A DNA stretch of 64,000 bases from Auanema rhodensis (lineage: Eukaryota; Animalia; Nematoda), in NCBI GenBank assembly GCA_964057225.1, contig OZ059898.1:10230001-10294000 (forward strand), in the 5' to 3' direction. Position numbers and translations under genes: made by a program. Below, piece after piece: positions 38,950-50,358 of the stretch. Each line of letters starts with the position of its first letter. The first letter of the stretch is position 1. The notes beneath the pieces are model-generated. The model saw nothing but the letters and a program-made list of their open reading frames with translations. It ran no database searches and was not told the origin of the DNA.

Positions 38950-40290
38950 TTGAAAAAATTTTGATCAGTAACAGCCAATCTAATATGAGCCTCGATGAGC
39001 TACAGCAAAGAAATATAAATTTAAAATTCTTCAAAGATACATGGGACATTTTTCGCGTAAGAAGTCGTTTACAAAATACTCTTCTTCCCGAAGAGACAAA
39101 AAACCCTATATTCCTTCTCAAAACAAACCCCATAGTTAAAAAACTGATCAACAAAATACACAAAGATAATAATCATCAAGGCAAAAATTTCACGCTTATT
39201 CAACTCAGACAAAAGTTCTATATACCAAAAATAACCGGAGTCATTAAGCAAACATTGAAAAACTGTGTGACATGTAAAAGATTTCAATCACATCCTTATG
39301 AATTACCAGATATGCCATCGCTACCAAAAGACAGAGCAATTCTTACAAGAGCATTCTTTTCAACAGGGTGTGATCTTATGGGCCCCTTCACCCTTCGAAA
39401 TGGGTCTAAAGTCCATATTTGTCTGTTTACATGCATGACAACTAGAGCGGTTCACTTAGAGGTAGTCACAAATCAATCCACAGTTGCCTTTATGAATGCA
39501 TTTAATAGATTTATTTCACGCAGAGGTACTCCAGAAATTATGCGCAGTGACTGCGCAGGAAACTTTATTCTGAGCTCAAAAATATTAGAAACCCTTGAAA
39601 AAACCTCGGATTACAATGAAAGAAGCATACTAAACACATTAGCTCAAAGAAAAATTAAATGGATATAGAACACTCCGCTATCTCCTTGGAAAGGAGGTTG
39701 TTGGGAACGCTTAGTAGGTGTCACCAAATCATCCCTCAAAAAATGCTTCGTTCCTAGTCGAATGTCACTAGATGATTTACACACAGCTATTGTAAAAATA
39801 GAAGCCATAATTAATACACGCCCACTCACCCATCCACACCCAGATAATTTAGATGCTTTACCCATAAGACCAATTGATTTTTTAACATCAGCAATAAAGT
39901 TTTCATTACCAGAAAACAATGATAACACTCATATATTCGATATTCACAGCGATATCCAAACGATTCAATCGACAGAACAAGCGCTAGAAGCTCTTCAGTT
40001 ATCAGAAGACTCAGCGTCTAAATTCTGGACACGTTTCCAGGAGGAGTATCTAACTAGTTTAAAAGACATTTTCAAACATAAAAACAAGAGAAAAAATCAC
40101 ACAAATCTCTTTCCTCACGAGGATGAAATAGTAATAATACAAAACGACATGTCGCCACGAGGAACATGGAAACTAGGTCGCATTATTGAAACAATTACTA
40201 GTTCAGATGGCAACATACGTTCAGCAAAAGTTGCAACAAGCAACGGAAACATAATTACTCGATCTATCAATCAGCTCTATCCACTAGAGA
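38937..40290 (+). pseudogene. Integrase domain, out of frame with RT/RH and interrupted by an in-frame TAG (39666-39668)
   Basis: HHCC finger (H-KDNN-H...CVTC), DLMGPF, RSDCAGNF, KWI*NTPLSPWKGGCWERLVG, INTRPL, WKLGRI...DGNIRSAKV...LYPLEI. ORFs 38961 and 39762 share the same frame. Confidence 0.9.
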
Positions 40291-42740
40291 TAAGATGCAA
40301 CACTAGCAACAACAAAATCATAGAAGACAACTCACACATAGTCCAAGAAAATAATAGCTCAACAGATAGAATACCACATACTGATACCGTATTAGACAAC
40401 ATACACTCCGATCATCCTATAGAACATACAGATGAAACAATACATGAGAACAATAACATAAATGATAGCAATCATAATTACGATATTGCATATGAATCAG
40501 ATAACTCTCAACATGATAATACATACACTCCAGAAACAGAGAATAATGAGGATGCAACAAATGATCGACCTCAAAATAAAACAAAGCTATCATCAGTAAA
40601 AACAGCAAAATATACAGAACAAGATGAGGTCACTGAGAAGGAAAATATAAAAGCCTTCCCACTAAAAATGTCCTATGCCACACACCAAAGAAAAAATAAA
40701 ATAAACCCAAAAATAGCAGCTGACATAATGAAAGCCCTTTCATTACCGATTATAATTACTTCGACGTATGCCGAAGAAATCAATAGTTGCAAGGACTCTA
40801 ACATGTTCACCACAAAACTTATAGCGAATCCTCATTGCTCCCCAGAAATGGCAACATGGACAGTGATAATAACCATTATGGCAGTTACCCTCATAGTCTC
40901 TTGTCTATGCCGCATGGGTTACAGCCAATATAGATATAAGACATGGTCCAGAAACACTCAAACCATGCTCAACATCATGAAATTAAAACATAAAACAATC
41001 TCCGAACAAGAAGATCATGAAACTGATCAAAAAATAACAGAAGACCACAATGATACGTTGCAATTAAAACAAACGAACACACAAGACGCTAATATTGTGG
41101 ATCATGAAACCTTTCAAAAGCATATTTACCCTATTTTAAACCATACGAGAAAGCCACCAAAATTCTCTCTCTTTACTAGAGGGTCGCAAACATCTTTACC
41201 ATCGTTACTGGCAATCATCTTGGCTTTATGTATTGGAAGCTGCAGTTCATGTTCCGATGTTCATGTTCAACACTTCGTTAACATACGATGCGATGACAAC
41301 TTAGCTTGTTATCACGAATACAGTCAAGATATCATATTTTCTCCCGGAACAAAACAATTATGCATTACCATAACGCATTCTAATCATGAAATTGGTCAAT
41401 TTAAAATAACTAAACTATATACTGAACATGTCTGCCAGAAGAATACTAGATACTTCACTAGACAGACAACCGTCAACATATTGAGCATATTACGATGCCG
41501 TCACCGGGGCTCGTGTGACGGAACATGTGAAACTAACTCGCTTCATAATAAAATCGAGGAACTACAACCATATACGTTCCCTTCACAATCAGGTTGCTTC
41601 ACATCGTCAGCAAGATTTTACACATGTCCTATGATTTGGACAGATCCGTGCCTTTTCTACAAAATAGAGCATATACCCGTCACTGAGGAAGTATACGAAG
41701 TCTATACTTGTGATAGTTGGTCCACCCAAACCGTATTTAATATAGAAACAACATTACTCCAGCAGAAAAATAATTACAATATCACTCTACAACCTTACAC
41801 GAAAAATCGTGAACAACTTTTCAATATAACAACGTTATCACAATCACAACCTCCTCCAGAAATGTACACAAAATTATTTTTTTCCTCCAAAGAAAACACG
41901 TACATTACGGATATACACACAAAGGGAATAATTCAATGTGGAACAGAGGAAGCCGCATTAAAACATTTTAATAACTGTACAGTATCCTCATTCTGCCCTT
42001 GCACATTCAATAGATTTGATGACATAAAATGTAGGTGTGATACCCCTACTTTTGAAAAAATGTCCAATACATCAGACATAAAATCTCCTAACCAAAACTT
42101 TAAAACTAAAGATAACACGTTATCATTCTCTACGAATTTAGACGAAAATTTAGTTACGGTCGATTCATCCCTATTCTTAAACTCAGTGATCTTCTCCAAC
42201 AATTTGCCTTGCGCACCTGCCCTGACAAAACTATCAGGTTGCTACTCCTGCGGGCAGGGTGCATTCGCAGAATTCCAATGCCTTACGGCAGAAGAAACAT
42301 GGATTTCTATCGAATGTCAAAAAGAAGTATTCATGATAAAATGCTCTCCAAAAGTAGCAATCACAAAAGTAACAATGAAAAGAGAAAATTCTCAGATTGA
42401 TGAATTATGCTACACCACATGCGACAATAAAAAAATTAAGATCATTATTAAAGGAATATTACATCACATAGCAAGCATAGATGAAATAAACGAAAGTGAC
42501 TCAAGTAAGGGTACAGAATCCAAATCCATTGACTTTGCTCCAATCTTCAAGTTAATTTTATCAAAGTTGGGAATCATATTGATAGGCGTTGCAATAACCG
42601 CCACCATAGGATATGTGGCATGTACACCCATCATGTACTGTGTAGTTTTGAATACAGTCTTAACCACACAATGGATAGCTACCAGGATATTCACACTGTG
42701 GATAAAATCAAAAGCCTTATTTCGGGATCAAAGATTTTAA
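39762..42740 (+). CDS. env: Integrase C-terminus fused in frame to an envelope glycoprotein resembling phlebovirus G2/Gc (ectodomain ~41250-42550)
   Basis: Hydrophobic segment WTVIITIMAVTLIVSCLC; signal-like SLLAIILALCIGSCSS; Cys-rich ectodomain with RCRHRGSC, PCLFY, YTCDSW, LSGCYSCGQGA; C-terminal TM LGIILIGVAITATIGYV. Family assigned from recalled motifs, not from an HMM. Confidence 0.82.
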   Translation: MSLDDLHTAIVKIEAIINTRPLTHPHPDNLDALPIRPIDFLTSAIKFSLPENNDNTHIFDIHSDIQTIQSTEQALEALQLSEDSASKFWTRFQEEYLTSLKDIFKHKNKRKNHTNLFPHEDEIVIIQNDMSPRGTWKLGRIIETITSSDGNIRSAKVATSNGNIITRSINQLYPLEIRCNTSNNKIIEDNSHIVQENNSSTDRIPHTDTVLDNIHSDHPIEHTDETIHENNNINDSNHNYDIAYESDNSQHDNTYTPETENNEDATNDRPQNKTKLSSVKTAKYTEQDEVTEKENIKAFPLKMSYATHQRKNKINPKIAADIMKALSLPIIITSTYAEEINSCKDSNMFTTKLIANPHCSPEMATWTVIITIMAVTLIVSCLCRMGYSQYRYKTWSRNTQTMLNIMKLKHKTISEQEDHETDQKITEDHNDTLQLKQTNTQDANIVDHETFQKHIYPILNHTRKPPKFSLFTRGSQTSLPSLLAIILALCIGSCSSCSDVHVQHFVNIRCDDNLACYHEYSQDIIFSPGTKQLCITITHSNHEIGQFKITKLYTEHVCQKNTRYFTRQTTVNILSILRCRHRGSCDGTCETNSLHNKIEELQPYTFPSQSGCFTSSARFYTCPMIWTDPCLFYKIEHIPVTEEVYEVYTCDSWSTQTVFNIETTLLQQKNNYNITLQPYTKNREQLFNITTLSQSQPPPEMYTKLFFSSKENTYITDIHTKGIIQCGTEEAALKHFNNCTVSSFCPCTFNRFDDIKCRCDTPTFEKMSNTSDIKSPNQNFKTKDNTLSFSTNLDENLVTVDSSLFLNSVIFSNNLPCAPALTKLSGCYSCGQGAFAEFQCLTAEETWISIECQKEVFMIKCSPKVAITKVTMKRENSQIDELCYTTCDNKKIKIIIKGILHHIASIDEINESDSSKGTESKSIDFAPIFKLILSKLGIILIGVAITATIGYVACTPIMYCVVLNTVLTTQWIATRIFTLWIKSKALFRDQRF

Positions 42741-43036
42741 AAGCATAAGAGAAGAATTTCTTGTGGAGATAAAATTTAAAATTAAAAATTGAAATAATAA
42801 TGAAACAAAAGAAAAAGAAAGCATTATGTACGAATATAACCATTGTAATAAAACAATATCATTGTTTTTCTTTCTTTTCAATTTATGGTAGTATCAAGTT
42901 TCTTTTATCCAACTCAGTTACATAACACATAACCTTTTGTACAGGCTCTAAAATTCATTGTATCTGTAACAAGATAACCTAAACACATCATTGTACAATG
43001 AACTAATAGATGTTAATCAGCGTTTAAAGTCCAGAT

Positions 43037-43549
43037 GTGAACATGTATATAAGGATGCAGATCATGTCTTTCCTATATTCCATGAAAATGGAAGATATTG
43101 TCTCGAATATAATTGAGAATGCTTCCTTTGAGGAAGAGCTCAAAAAATATTCCCATCTACCTAACACTGCTGCCAATCTGAGGCAACTAATTGTGCTTGA
43201 AAAGAGGCTCTACGAGCACCTAGCTAGCGCGGTGAACCATCTATCCGAACGACTGGACAATATTCAACATTCGTTAAATCTGAAACTAGACAATTTGACC
43301 ATTCAGACTGCTCCTAAAGCTTCATGTGTATTCTGCAATAAACCGACAGCTGATGGGCACCGTACTGCGGCCTGTCCGGTTTATCCTTCCTCACCGGAAC
43401 GCACTCTCCGTCTTCATGAACTGGGGTTATGCATCAGATGTTTGAATCAAAAACATCCAGCGATATGCGAGGTATCCTGCTATAGATGTAAGGCGGATAC
43501 GCATCATGGAGTGGTTTGTGGAGATATAAAACGTAAAAGACCTTTGTAG
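43037..43549 (+). CDS. Accessory 3' ORF: helical/coiled-coil region + three Cys/His zinc knuckles + basic C-terminus (start uncertain; first ATG at 43043)
   Basis: 170 open codons with higher GC than the flanks; CVFCNKPTADGHRTAAC, CIRCLNQKHPAIC, CYRCKADTHHGVVC, KRKRPL; stop 30 nt before the 3' LTR. Confidence 0.75.
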   Translation: MNMYIRMQIMSFLYSMKMEDIVSNIIENASFEEELKKYSHLPNTAANLRQLIVLEKRLYEHLASAVNHLSERLDNIQHSLNLKLDNLTIQTAPKASCVFCNKPTADGHRTAACPVYPSSPERTLRLHELGLCIRCLNQKHPAICEVSCYRCKADTHHGVVCGDIKRKRPL

Positions 43550-43571
43550 GCCTTCTTCTCATTCCCGCATT

Positions 43572-43579
43572 GCCGGGAG
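43572..43579 (+). promoter_or_regulatory. Putative short polypurine tract (plus-strand primer)
   Basis: GCCGGGAG abuts the 3' LTR start; short and imperfect, assigned by position. Confidence 0.5.
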
Positions 43580-43643
43580 TGTCGCGATAAGCGAGTGAGT
43601 TTGTATAATTTTTTTATCTTCAACAATTGTTTTATTCGTTTCT

Positions 43644-43692
<49 letters not shown>

Positions 43693-43942
43693 TTCTTCTT
43701 TCTTCTAACTTCCTAAGTAATTTTTATCCGTACCACATGTTGTGTTATACATGTGGCATGACTAACTCTTTGTTTCAGGCTGACGACCGCCCACGAGAAG
43801 AGATCAGTCTTACATTTTCAACGTTCGCAGTCAGTGATTTTATTCCGTGCTTGTCTTGTTAATTCATCAATAAACCCTTTTCTACATATTCAATTTGTGT
43901 TTTACTTCCAACCATACTATACACTTGTGGTATATCGCCACA
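43580..43942 (+). repeat. 3' LTR (363 bp)
   Basis: Identical by eye to the 5' LTR except (CT)21 instead of (CT)25, which accounts for the 8-bp length difference. Confidence 0.96.
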
Positions 43943-44685
43943 ATTTAAAGAGAATTGTAAGTTTTAGAAAAGAATTAAAGTTCAGCTATCTCTACTATTA
44001 ACTGATTATCGGCTAAAATAAGGTAACAGTTTTTATTAAAAGTTTCCATGATTAAGATTACACAAAGAAAAAAAATCAAAGAGAAACACTTCTTGTTTAC
44101 TTATTTGATTATAATACTTGAAATTCCAAAAACAGTAGAATAAAATAGAGAAAGCGACGAAAAAAGTTGAACGATTTGAAGAGAATTGTAAGTTTTAGAA
44201 AAGAATTAAAGTTTAGCTTTGTCTACTATTAACTGATTATCGGCTGAAATATGGTGACAGTTTTTTTTTAAAAGTTTCCATGATTAAGATTAATCAAAGA
44301 AAAAAAATCAAAGAGAAACACTTCTTGTTTACTAATTTGATTATAACACTTGAAATTCCAACAAAAGTAAAGTAAAACTGTTAAAGCGAGTAAAACTGTT
44401 GAACAATTTGAAGACAATTGTAAGTTGAAGAATAAAATTAAAGTTTAGCTCTCTCTACTATTAACTGAATGTCGGCTAAAATATGGTAACAGTTTTTATT
44501 AAAAGTTTCCAGGATTAAGATTAAACAAAGAAAAAAAATCAAAGAGAAACACTTCTTGTTTACTAATTTGATTATAACACTTGAAATTCCAACAAATGTA
44601 AAATAAAACTGTGAAAGCGGGTAAAACTGTTGAACTAAAACAGTCTTTATAAAATATAAATGATATTTTTTTATAAAATTGAAGT

Positions 44686-44756
44686 TGCATCGGCCGGGAA
44701 TCGAACCCGGGTCGCCCGCGTGGCAGGCGAGCATTCTACCACTGAACCACCGATGC
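44686..44756 (-). tRNA. tRNA-Gly(GCC)
   Basis: Matches array consensus. Confidence 0.95.
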
Positions 44757-45783
44757 TTCGAAAATGTTAGATTGTTTCCGAAAAATTATGAAAAGTCAAG
44801 TTCTACTGATTTGAAGAGAATTGTAAGTTTTAGAAAATAATTAAAAATAAGTTCTCTCTACTATTAACTGATTGTCGGCTAAAATATGGTAACAGTTTTT
44901 ATAAAAAGTTTCCATGATTAGGATTAAACAAAAAAAAGAATTAAAAAGAAACACTTCTTGTTTACTTACTTGATTATACTACTTGAAATTCGAAAAAAAG
45001 TAAAAAACAATTGAGAAAGCGACATAAACAGTTGAACGATTTGAAGAGAATTGTAAGTTCAAGAAAAGAATTAAAGTTTAGCTTTGTCTACTATTAATTG
45101 ATTATCGGCTGAAATATGGTGACAGTTTTTTATTAAAAGTTTCCATGATTAAGATTAAACAAAGAAGAAAAAATCAAAGAGAGACACTTCTTGTTTACTT
45201 ATTTGATTATAATACTTGAAATTCCAAAAACAGTAGAATAAAATAGAGAAAGCGACGAAAAAAGTTGAACGATTTGAAGAGAATTGTAAGTTTAAGAAAA
45301 GATTTAAAGTTTAGCTTTGTCTACTATTAACTGATTATCGGCTGAAATATGGTGACAGTTTTTTATTAAAAGTTTCCATGATTAAGATTAAACAAAGAAA
45401 AAAAAATCAAAGAGAAACACTTCTTGTTTACTCATTTGATTATAACACTTGAAATTCCAACAAAAGTAAAGTAAAACTGTTAAAGCGAGTAAAACTGTTG
45501 AACGATTTCAAGACAATTGTAAGTTGAAGAAAAAAATTAAAGTTTAGCTCTCTCTACTATTAACTGAATGTCGGCTGAAATAAGGTAACAGTTTTTATTA
45601 AAAGTTTCCATGATTTAGATTAAACAAAGAAAAAAATCAAAGAGAAACACTTCTTGTTTACTAATTCGATTATAACACTTGAAAATCCAACAAAAGTAAA
45701 ATAAAACTGTGAAAGCGGGTAAAACTGTTGAACTAAAACAGTCTTTATAAAATATAAATGATATTTTTTTATAAAAGTGAAGT

Positions 45784-45854
45784 TGCATCGGCCGGGAATC
45801 GAACCCGGGTCGCACGCGTGGCAGGCGAGCATTCTACCACTGAACCACCGATGC
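45784..45854 (-). tRNA. tRNA-Gly(GCC), variant G42T (anticodon stem)
   Basis: GTCGCACGCG instead of GTCGCCCGCG on +. Confidence 0.85.
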
Positions 45855-46650
45855 TTCGAAAATGTTAGATTGTTTCCGAAAAATTATGAAAAGTCAAGTT
45901 CTACTGATTTGAAGAGAATTGTAAGTTTTAGAAAAGAATTAAAGTTCAGCTATCTCTACTATTAACTGATTATCGGCTAAAATAAGGTAACAGTTTTTAT
46001 TAAAAGTTTCCATGATTAAGATTACACAAAGAAAAAAAATCAAAGAGAAACACTTCTTGTTTACTTATTTGATTATAATACTTGAAATTCCAAAAACAGT
46101 AGAATAAAATAGAGAAAGCGACGAAAAAAGTTGAACGATTTGAAGAGAATTGTAAGTTTTAGAAAAGAATTAAAGTTTAGCTTTGTCTACTATTAACTGA
46201 TTATCGGCTGAAATATGGTGACAGTTTTTTTTTAAAAGTTTCCATGATTAAGATTAGTCAAAGAAAAAAAAATCAAAGAGAAACACTTCTTGTTTACTAA
46301 TTTGATTATAACACTTGAAATTACAACAAAAGTAAAGTAAAACTGTTAAAGCGAGTAAAACTGTTGAACAATTTGAAGACAATTGTAAGTTGAAGAATAA
46401 AATTAAAGTTTAGCTCTCTCTACTATTAACTGAATGTCGGCTAAAATATGGTAACAGTTTTTATTAAAAGTTTCCAGGATTAAGATTAAACAAAGAAAAA
46501 AAATCAAAGAGAAACACTTCTTGTTTACTAATTTGATTATAACACTTGAAATTCCAACAAATGTAAAATAAAACTGTGAAAGCGGGTAAAACTGTTGAAC
46601 TAAAACAGTCTTTATAAAATATAAATGATATTTTTTTATAAAAGTGAAGT

Positions 46651-46721
46651 TGCATCGGCCGGGAATCGAACCCGGGTCGCCCGCGTGGCAGGCGAGCATT
46701 CTACCACTGAACCACCGATGC
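46651..46721 (-). tRNA. tRNA-Gly(GCC)
   Basis: Matches array consensus. Confidence 0.95.
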
Positions 46722-47516
46722 TTCGAAAATGTTAGATTGTTTCCGAAAAATTATGAAAAGTCAAGTTCTACTGATTTGAAGAGAATTGTAAGTTTTAGAA
46801 AATAATTAAAAATAAGTTCTCTCTACTATTAACTGATTGTCGGCTAAAATATGGTAACAGTTTTTATAAAAAGTTTCCATGATTAGGATTAAACAAAAAA
46901 AAGAATTAAAAAGAAACACTTCTTGTTTACTTACTTGATTATACTACTTGAAATTCGAAAAAAAGTAAAAAACAATTGAGAAAGCGACATAAACAGTTGA
47001 ACGATTTGAAGAGAATTGTAAGTTCAAGAAAAGAATTAAAGTTTAGCTTTGTCTACTATTAACTGATTATCGGCTGAAATATGGTGACAGTTTTTTATTA
47101 AAAGTTTCCATGATTAAGATTAAACAAAGAAGAAAAAATCAAAGAGAGACACTTCTTGTTTACTTATTTGATTATAATACTTGAAATTCCAAAAACAGTA
47201 GAATAAAATAGAGAAAGCGACGAAAAAAGTTGAACGATTTGAAGAGAATTGTAAGTTTAAGAAAAGATTTAAAGTTAAGCTTTGTCTACTATTAACTGAT
47301 TATCGGCTAAAATATGGTAACAGTTTTTATTAAAAGTTTCCAGGATTAAGATTAAACAAAGAAAAAAAATCAAAGAAAAACACTTCTTGTTTACTAATTT
47401 GATTATAACACTTGAAATTCCAACAAAAGTAAAATAAAACTGTGAAAGCGGGTAAAACTGTTGAACTAAAACAGTCTTTATAAAATATAAATTATATTTT
47501 TTTATAAAAGTGAAGT

Positions 47517-47587
47517 TGCATCGGCCGGGAATCGAAGCCGGGTTGCCCGCGTGGCAGGCGAGCATTCTACCACTGAACCACCGATGC
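47517..47587 (-). tRNA. tRNA-Gly(GCC), B-box variant G53C + variable-loop G>A; possible pseudogene
   Basis: TCGAAGCCGGGTTG instead of TCGAACCCGGGTCG on +. Confidence 0.75.
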
Positions 47588-48382
47588 TTCGAAAATGTTA
47601 GATTGTTTCCGAAAAATTATGAAAAGTCAAGTTCTACTGATTTGAAGAGAATTGTAAGTTTTAGAAAATAATTAAAAATAAGTTCTCTCTACTATTAACT
47701 GATTGTCGGCTAAAATATGGTAACAGTTTTTATAAAAAGTTTCCATGATTAGGATTAAACAAAAAAAAGAATTAAAAAGAAACACTTCTTGTTTACTTAC
47801 TTGATTATACTACTTGAAATTCGAAAAAAAGTAAAAAACAATTGAGAAAGCGACATAAACAGTTGAACGATTTGAAGAGAATTGTAAGTTCAAGAAAAGA
47901 ATTAAAGTTTAGCTTTGTCTACTATTAACTGATTATCGGCTGAAATATGGTGACAGTTTTTTATTAAAAGTTTCCATGATTAAGATTAAACAAAGAAGAA
48001 AAAATCAAAGAGAGACACTTCTTGTTCACTTATTTGATTATAATACTTGAAATTCCAAAAACAGTAGAATAAAATAGAGAAAGCGACGAAAAAAGTTGAA
48101 CGATTTGAAGAGAATTGTAAGTTTAAGAAAAGATTTAAAGTTAAGCTTTGTCTACTATTAACTGATTATCGGCTAAAATATGGTAACAGTTTTTATTAAA
48201 AGTTTCCAGGATTAAGATTAAACAAAGAAAAAAAATCAAAGAGAAACACTTCTTGTTTACTAATTTGATTATAACACTTGAAATTCCAACAAAAGTAAAA
48301 TAAAACTGTGAAAGCGGGTAAAACTGTTGAACTAAAACAGTCTTTATAAAATATAAATGATATTTTTTTATAAAAGTGAAGT

Positions 48383-48453
48383 TGCATCGGCCGGGAATCG
48401 AAGCCGGGTTGCCCGCGTGGCAGGCGAGCATTCTACCACTGAACCACCGATGC
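48383..48453 (-). tRNA. tRNA-Gly(GCC), B-box variant G53C + variable-loop G>A; possible pseudogene
   Basis: TCGAAGCCGGGTTG on +. Confidence 0.75.
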
Positions 48454-49481
48454 TTCGAAAATGTTAGATTGTTTCCGAAAAATTATGAAAAGTCAAGTTC
48501 TACTGATTTGAAGAGAATTGTAAGTTTTAGAAAATAATTAAAAATAAGTTCTCTCTACTATTAACTGATTGTCGGCTAAAATATGGTAACAGTTTTTATT
48601 GAAAGTTTCCATGATTAGGATTAAACAAAAAAAAGAATTAAAAAGAAACACTTCTTGTTTACTTACTTGATTATACTACTTGAAATTCGAAAAAAAGTAA
48701 AAAACAATTGAGAAAGCGACATAAACAGTTGAACGATTTGAAGAGAATTGTAAGTTCAAGAAAAGAATTAAAGTTTAGCTTTGTCTACTATTAACTGATT
48801 ATCGGCTGAAATATGGTGACAGTTTTTTATTAAAAGTTTCCATGATTAAGATTAAACAAAGAAGAAAAAATCAAAGAGAGACACTTCTTGTTTACTTATT
48901 TGATTATAATACTTGAAATTCCAAAAACAGTAGAATAAAATAGAGAAAGCGACGAAAAAAGTTGAACGATTTGAAGAGAATTGTAAGTTTAAGAAAAGAT
49001 TTAAAGTTAAGCTTTGTCTACTATTAACTGATTATCGGCTGAAATATGGTGACAGTTTTTTATTAAAAGTTTCCATGATTAAGATTAAACAAAGAAAAAA
49101 AAATCAAAGAGAAACACTTCTTGTTTACTTATTTGATTATAACACTTGAAATTCCAACAAAAGTGAAGTAAAACTGTTAAAGCGAGTAAAACTGTTGAAC
49201 GATTTCAAGACAATTGTAAGTTGAAGAAAAAAATTAAAGTTTAGCTCTCTCTACTATTAACTGAATGTCGGCTGAAATAAGGTAACAGTTTTTATTAAAA
49301 GTTTCCATGATTTAGATTAAACAAAGAAAAAAAATCAAAGAGAAACACTTCTTGTTTACTAATTCGATTATAACACTTGAAAATCCAACAAAAGTAAAAT
49401 AAAACTGTGAAAGCGGGTAAAACTGTTGAACTAAAACAGTCTTTATAAAATATAAATGATATTTTTTTATAAAAGTGAAGT

Positions 49482-49552
49482 TGCATCGGCCGGGAATCGA
49501 ACCCGGGTCGCACGCGTGGCAGGCGAGCATTCTACCACTGAACCACCGATGC
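49482..49552 (-). tRNA. tRNA-Gly(GCC), variant G42T
   Basis: GTCGCACGCG on +. Confidence 0.85.
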
Positions 49553-50358
49553 TTCGAAAATGTTAGATTGTTTCCGAAAAATTATGAAAAGTCAAGTTCT
49601 ACTGATTTGAAGAGAATTGTAAGTTTTAGAAAATAATTAAAAATTAGTTCTCTCTACTATTAACTGATTGTCGGCTAAAATATGGTAACAGTTTTTATAA
49701 AAAGTTTCCATGATTAGGATTAAACAAAAGAAGAATTAAAGAGAAACACTTTTTGTTTACTTATTTGATTATAATACTTGAAATTCCAAAAACAGTAGAA
49801 TAAAATTGAGAAATCGACAAAAACAGTTGAACGATTTGAAGAGAATTGAGAGAGAAGAGAAGTAAGTTGAAGAAAAAAATTAAAGTTTAGCTCTCTCTAC
49901 TATTAACTGAATGTCGGCTGAAATAAGGTAACAGTTTTTATTAAAAGTTTCCATGATTTAGATTAAACAAAGAAAAAAAATCAAAGAGAAACACTTCTTG
50001 TTTACTAATTCGATTATAACACTTGAAATTCCAAAAACAGTAGAATAAAATAGAGAAAGCGACGAAAAAAGTTGAACGATTTGAAGAGAATTGTAAGTTT
50101 AAGAAAAGATTTAAAGTTAAGCTTTGTCTACTATTAACTGATTATCGGCTAAAATATGGTAACAGTTTTTATTAAAAGTTTCCAGGATTAAGATTAAACA
50201 AAGAAAAAAAATCAAAGAGAAACACTTCTTGTTTACTAATTTGATTATAACACTTGAAATTCCAACAAAAGTAAAATAAAACTGTGAAAGCGGGTAAAAC
50301 TGTTGAACTAAAACAGTCTTTATAAAATATAAATGATATTTTTTTATAAAAGTGAAGT

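Larger units (their letters stand above)
34169..43942 (+). mobile_element. BEL/Pao LTR retrotransposon (Belpaoviridae-type endogenous virus) with phlebovirus-like env, full-length but coding-defective
   Basis: TG...CA direct LTRs, PBS, domain order gag(3 Cys-His)-PR-RT(YVDN)-RH-IN-env, and imperfect 5-bp TSD ATTTG (34164-34168) / ATTTA (43943-43947). Confidence 0.96.

Noticed and set aside
38930-38950. Programmed -1 ribosomal frameshift between RNase H and integrase
   Set aside because: No X XXY YYZ heptamer in the short overlap, and BEL/Pao RH and IN are normally one frame; more likely a lesion or sequencing error.
34825-42694. Short antisense and alternate-frame ORFs overlapping gag-pol-env
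   Set aside because: Shadow ORFs of long coding frames with no recognisable motifs.
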